Shown here one piece after another: positions 44,547 to 47,589 of a DNA stretch of 47,589 bases. Below the pieces are notes generated by a model. It did no database searches. It saw only the letters and a program-made list of their open reading frames with translations, and was not told where the DNA came from. The stretch's first letter is position 1. Each line of letters opens with the position of its first letter. A program made the translations under genes and the position numbers. Source of the DNA: a virus (Duplodnaviria > Caudoviricetes); IMG/VR virus record IMGVR_UViG_3300022670_000197, positions 1 to 47,589 of that record, one strand, 5' to 3'.

Positions 44547-45044
44547 ATGAAGAAAGTGGAATATGAGGAGCGAGCTTTAGAGTGTTTAGCTTACGAGCAG
44601 GCAGCCGATGATATAAGTATATATCCTGCCAGCCGGCGGACGGGTGATAAAGTAGTTAAAAGGACTGAGTGGGAGGATGGTTGGAACGCTTGCGCCATGG
44701 CAATGACAAAGAAAGTACGTAAGATTGGTGGTTATCTGAGGAGTTTGCCGGAGGACGTGACGGACTATATCTTGCGTGATGTTATAAATATTTCTGCTGA
44801 CGAGGACACTCCTTCGATGTGGGTAAATTGCAATGACTTATTCCATTGGGCTTGCGCTGATGGTGAGGGTTTTGAGCTAAAGGACTTACCAGAGTTAAAC
44901 CAAGCTTATCAGGACAGCCCAGAGTTTGGTGATATGTTATGGGTATGTAGACGAAGAAAGATGCGCCCACAGCAACCCTGTTATAAATATTTGAAGGAGG
45001 ATAAAAAGCTTTTTGATGCCTGCGGAGATCAAAGGGAAGATTAA
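44547..45044 (+). CDS. Conserved phage hypothetical protein
   Basis: VNCNDLFHWACADGE..WVCRRRKMRPQ. Confidence 0.75.
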   Translation: MKKVEYEERALECLAYEQAADDISIYPASRRTGDKVVKRTEWEDGWNACAMAMTKKVRKIGGYLRSLPEDVTDYILRDVINISADEDTPSMWVNCNDLFHWACADGEGFELKDLPELNQAYQDSPEFGDMLWVCRRRKMRPQQPCYKYLKEDKKLFDACGDQRED

Positions 45045-45131
45045 AGATGCCGATTAAGCGCCCATACTAGCTCGTCCAGTGGGTGGTATGGTTAAAAACG
45101 ATAGTTGGTAGGTAGAAGTTAAAAGAAGCTC

Positions 45132-45377
45132 GTGAGGGGCTTTAAAATGAAAAGGATGAAAATTATGAATATCAAAGAAATAATAACAGATAAAATTGAC
45201 AATTGTGTGGATGACTTCTTGTATGACGACCGCAAAGACGACGAGAGTCTGCTTGTTGGTGATATCGAGGATGCTATTGTGGCGGGGAAGATAACTAAAC
45301 AGGAGGTTATTGATACATTTGTAAAGGATCTTAATAGATATTTGGATGCGGAGTTGCGGAGGAGAAATGAGAAGTAG
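45132..45377 (+). CDS. Hypothetical protein
   Basis: FLYDDRKDDESL..IEDAIVAGKIT. Confidence 0.65.
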   Translation: MRGFKMKRMKIMNIKEIITDKIDNCVDDFLYDDRKDDESLLVGDIEDAIVAGKITKQEVIDTFVKDLNRYLDAELRRRNEK

Positions 45378-45531
45378 CATACAAATAGGCAAGTACGTCT
45401 TAGATGATTATCATGACGGGAGGTATAAAAACTCGCTGTCTATTACTATAAAAGACGATGGCGAGGGTGGGGCGTTTTCTTTGGATGATCTGGAAAAAAT
45501 GTTGGATGAGTTTTTTGAGAAAAAGTTTTAA
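45346..45531 (+). CDS. Hypothetical protein
   Basis: GEGGAF..LEKMLDEFF; true start probably the internal ATG after GGAG. Confidence 0.6.
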   Translation: MRSCGGEMRSSIQIGKYVLDDYHDGRYKNSLSITIKDDGEGGAFSLDDLEKMLDEFFEKKF

Positions 45532-45548
45532 TTAATTGAATTTAGGGG

Positions 45549-45576
45549 TTGATATCAATATTGATGTGTGTATAAT
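45549..45576 (+). promoter_or_regulatory. Promoter with palindromic spacer
   Basis: TTGATA-16nt-TATAAT; perfect ATCAATATTGAT palindrome between the boxes. Confidence 0.6.
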
Positions 45577-45582
45577 GGGGTT

Positions 45583-45726
45583 GTGACTAAAAAACCAGAA
45601 GTAAACAAGCGTGCCGTAAGTAAGCACATGAAACGTCATGGGCTTATCGGTTACTATCAGCGCATAAAGCCTGAGTGGAAGGCGGTTTTGGATAAGGTTT
45701 TGAATGAATTGAGGGGGAAAGGATGA
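45583..45726 (+). CDS. 47-aa basic protein, probably leaderless (not in ORF track)
   Basis: GTG 7 nt after the -10 box; MTKKPEVNKRAVSKHMKRHG..VLNELRGKG. Confidence 0.5.
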   Translation: MTKKPEVNKRAVSKHMKRHGLIGYYQRIKPEWKAVLDKVLNELRGKG

Positions 45727-46247
45727 CTGAGGAAAAATTACTACCATGCCCGTTTTGCGGTAGAGATGACGACATTGACTGGTGTGAGTCTCCCCCTAAC
45801 GCTATGCGGTGTTGGTCATGTTTCGCGGTGGGGCCTAGTCTTAAGAATGACGACGACGGAATAAAGTATTGGAACGCGAGGGCTTATAAAAAAGATGAAA
45901 GAGTGGAAAGGCTTGAGGGGTTATTGAGGCGGATGGTTGAGACTGCGTGGGTGGAGGAAAGAACCGGAGGAGGGGTTGTAGATGGTTTTGTTACCCCATC
46001 TCAAGCGTTGCTGTTAGAGGTTTTTGATGAATTGAGGGGGGGGGAAGGATGGTGAGTAAGAAATACATAGGTGTGGTTAGCACGGATCGCTCTGGCAGTG
46101 TATGCGAATTTGAACTAGCAGAAGATTTTGCAGAACTAAATGAAGACGAAAAGCATAAGGTATTACTTGAGTGTTTATGGGACTCTGGAATGATGGAGGT
46201 ATATTATAAAGAGGTTTTGGATGAATTGAGGGGGCAGAAGGATGACT
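45695..46247 (+). repeat. Second junction-repeat family, three copies
   Basis: AGGTTTT(GA/TG/GG)ATGAATTGAGGGGG..AAGGATG at 45695, 46018, 46212. Confidence 0.85.
45723..46055 (+). CDS. Lar-like zinc-finger protein
   Basis: LLPCPFCG..CWSCFAVGP..YWNAR. Confidence 0.8.
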   Translation: MTEEKLLPCPFCGRDDDIDWCESPPNAMRCWSCFAVGPSLKNDDDGIKYWNARAYKKDERVERLEGLLRRMVETAWVEERTGGGVVDGFVTPSQALLLEVFDELRGGEGW

Positions 46248-46249
46248 AA
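46049..46249 (+). CDS. Hypothetical protein
   Basis: Bounded by junction repeats. Confidence 0.65.
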   Translation: MVSKKYIGVVSTDRSGSVCEFELAEDFAELNEDEKHKVLLECLWDSGMMEVYYKEVLDELRGQKDD

Positions 46250-46550
46250 TGAAATTTTTGATTTAAGCAATGTAGATGATCTGCCCAATACATTAAGGGG
46301 TGAGATACTTCTTTTGAAGGAGGGCCGTTCTGGATATAATTCTAAAATAATTGGGATTTTTAAGAAAGCTATGGCTGATTTAACGATAGATGAGGTGTTG
46401 GTTGCTTACTATCGTTTGTATGGCCGTGAAAAGTTAAGAGCCCAGATAAGTGTGAAGCTTTATACTATGTCCCATGCGAGGGTCCCCAGAATCGAGAGGG
46501 TGCGTAGGGGCGTTTACAGGTTAAGCGGGGCGAAAAAGGATGTCGAGTAA
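46242..46550 (+). CDS. Winged-helix DNA-binding-like protein
   Basis: LTIDEVLVAYYR..ISVKLYTM..VRRGVYRL. Confidence 0.6.
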   Translation: MTNEIFDLSNVDDLPNTLRGEILLLKEGRSGYNSKIIGIFKKAMADLTIDEVLVAYYRLYGREKLRAQISVKLYTMSHARVPRIERVRRGVYRLSGAKKDVE

Positions 46551-46797
46551 AGAGAAATTAGATGCCGTAATAAATGCAATATTCCAAACAATCAGAGCTG
46601 AGGTTGATTCTGGAGAGGCTTTTTTTAATGGCAAGAATATAGAGGATACCGCTAAGGCTGTGCTTGAGGCAGTGGGCGGAGCTGTGGAGCTTCGGGAGTT
46701 GGCAAGGGATATCTGCCGGACTTTTGTCCCTGTTGATACGCGAGAGCAAGCGTATGATTATATTGAGCGGTGGATAAAGGAAAGGGGGTTAGCGTGA
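46540..46797 (+). CDS. Hypothetical protein
   Basis: Coupled ORF. Confidence 0.6.
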   Translation: MSSKEKLDAVINAIFQTIRAEVDSGEAFFNGKNIEDTAKAVLEAVGGAVELRELARDICRTFVPVDTREQAYDYIERWIKERGLA

Positions 46798-46964
46798 ACC
46801 AGGCGATTTTAAGAGCGGGCTTTGATAAGGCGGAGAGCGGGAGCAGGAGCAGGAGCAGGAGCTGGAGCAGGAGCAGGAGCAGGAGCTGGAGCGGGAGCAG
46901 GAGCTGGAGCGGGAGCGGGAGCAGGAGCAGGAGCGGGAGCGGGAGCTGGAGCTGGGGCAGGTAA
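46794..46964 (+). CDS. Ser-Arg/Trp/Gly dipeptide-repeat peptide
   Basis: GTG overlapping upstream TGA; MNQAILRAGFDKAE then (S-X)20 GR. Confidence 0.75.
   Translation: MNQAILRAGFDKAESGSRSRSRSWSRSRSRSWSGSRSWSGSGSRSRSGSGSWSWGR
46836..46955 (+). repeat. Hexanucleotide tandem repeat AGC(A/T/G)GG x20
   Basis: Direct reading of sequence. Confidence 0.95.
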
Positions 46965-47000
46965 TAGAATTTTTTTAACTTTAATTTAAGGGTACTAACT

Positions 47001-47357
47001 ATGACTATTAAAATTGACGATTTAACATTAGGTCAAATAAAAGAAATACAGCAATTAACAACTGGAGCTACAGCCGGACAATCCGGGAATAGTCATCCAT
47101 ACAAAATTGGTGAGAATTATATTATCAGGACTGTAACTATGATTCAGATCGGAAAGCTTGAGGCTGTTTATAATCAGGAATTAGTGCTATCTGATGCTTG
47201 TTGGGTTGCCTGTACTGGACAATTTAATGAAGCATTGAGGACTGGAAAGTTGGAATCGGTACAGCCTTTTATTGATAATATTAATGTTGGCCGTGGTTCG
47301 ATAGTAGAATCTACTGCTTGGCGGCACAAATTGCCACGTGAAGTTATAACCGACTAA
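47001..47357 (+). CDS. Probable Sm/LSm-like beta-barrel protein (DUF6948-like)
   Basis: YIIRTVTMIQIGKLEAV..ELVLSDACWV..INVGRGSIVE resembles Sm1/Sm2 strand pattern. Confidence 0.5.
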   Translation: MTIKIDDLTLGQIKEIQQLTTGATAGQSGNSHPYKIGENYIIRTVTMIQIGKLEAVYNQELVLSDACWVACTGQFNEALRTGKLESVQPFIDNINVGRGSIVESTAWRHKLPREVITD

Positions 47358-47374
47358 GGAGAGGGGCCATTAGC

Positions 47375-47530
47375 ATGAAGAAGAAATGTCTGGATTGCGA
47401 TAAGGAGGTATCCCCGAATGCACAGCGTTGTCGAAAATGCGCGCGGGTAGGCCAGAGAATACGGCAAATGGAGGCGGCTAGTAAGGTACATGAGGATAGA
47501 AAGGCTCTCATGCAATCGGGGTTTTTTTAA
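47375..47530 (+). CDS. 51-aa CxxC/CxxC zinc-ribbon protein spanning the circular junction (not in ORF track)
   Basis: MKKKCLDCDKEVSPNAQRCRKCAR.. Confidence 0.65.
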   Translation: MKKKCLDCDKEVSPNAQRCRKCARVGQRIRQMEAASKVHEDRKALMQSGFF

Positions 47531-47589
47531 TAGGGGGGTGAAATGTTCGGAAGTATATTCGGAAGGTCAGCTACTGGAAAAATAATAAG
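47446..47589 (+). repeat. Terminal direct repeat, right copy
   Basis: Identical to 1-144. Confidence 0.95.

Larger units (their letters stand above)
1..47445. mobile_element. Complete circularly permuted bacteriophage genome (P22-like podovirus morphogenesis, lambdoid-style early region)
   Basis: Terminal direct repeat; full set of packaging, head, tail, lysis, recombination and replication genes; no host housekeeping genes. Confidence 0.95.

Noticed and set aside
46836-46955. DGR-like adenine mutagenesis of the hexamer repeat
   Set aside because: No RT or template copy; slippage plus point mutation is sufficient
46975-46989. CtrA box TTAA-N7-TTAA
   Set aside because: Single hit in an AT-rich spacer with no associated promoter; expected by chance
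1-47445. Stop-codon recoding suggested by the release-factor-like gene
   Set aside because: Core genes are intact in the standard code, all three stops are used, and no suppressor tRNA is present

Overview
The window is an apparently complete, circularly permuted dsDNA phage genome of about 47,445 bp: positions 1-144 are repeated exactly at 47446-47589. It has P22-like podovirus virion architecture: terminases, portal, a GroES-like co-chaperonin, scaffold, major capsid, adaptor, gp10-like hub and three ejection proteins. These are followed by an unusually large (~9.6 kb) set of tail/appendage genes, an amidase lysis module, a leftward YqaJ recombination operon, an HTH repressor and a lambda-O-like initiator with iterons. 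I recognise no integrase, polymerase, helicase or spanin. Three loci stand out. (1) 39.5-40.9 kb: a stand-alone release-factor domain 3 that has lost its GGQ motif converges on a minus-strand unit encoding a Tad2/DUF2829 protein, a degenerate tRNA-Tyr and two 143-169 nt tRNA-like RNAs that both end in ACCA. (2) 41.9-44.0 kb and 45.7-46.25 kb: arrays of small mosaic genes joined by conserved junction repeats, the first lying between the replication initiator and its probable helicase loader. (3) 46.8-47.4 kb: a pure (Ser-Arg/Trp/Gly)20 peptide gene paired with a probable Sm/LSm-like protein. All family calls come from motif recognition by eye; no searches were run.
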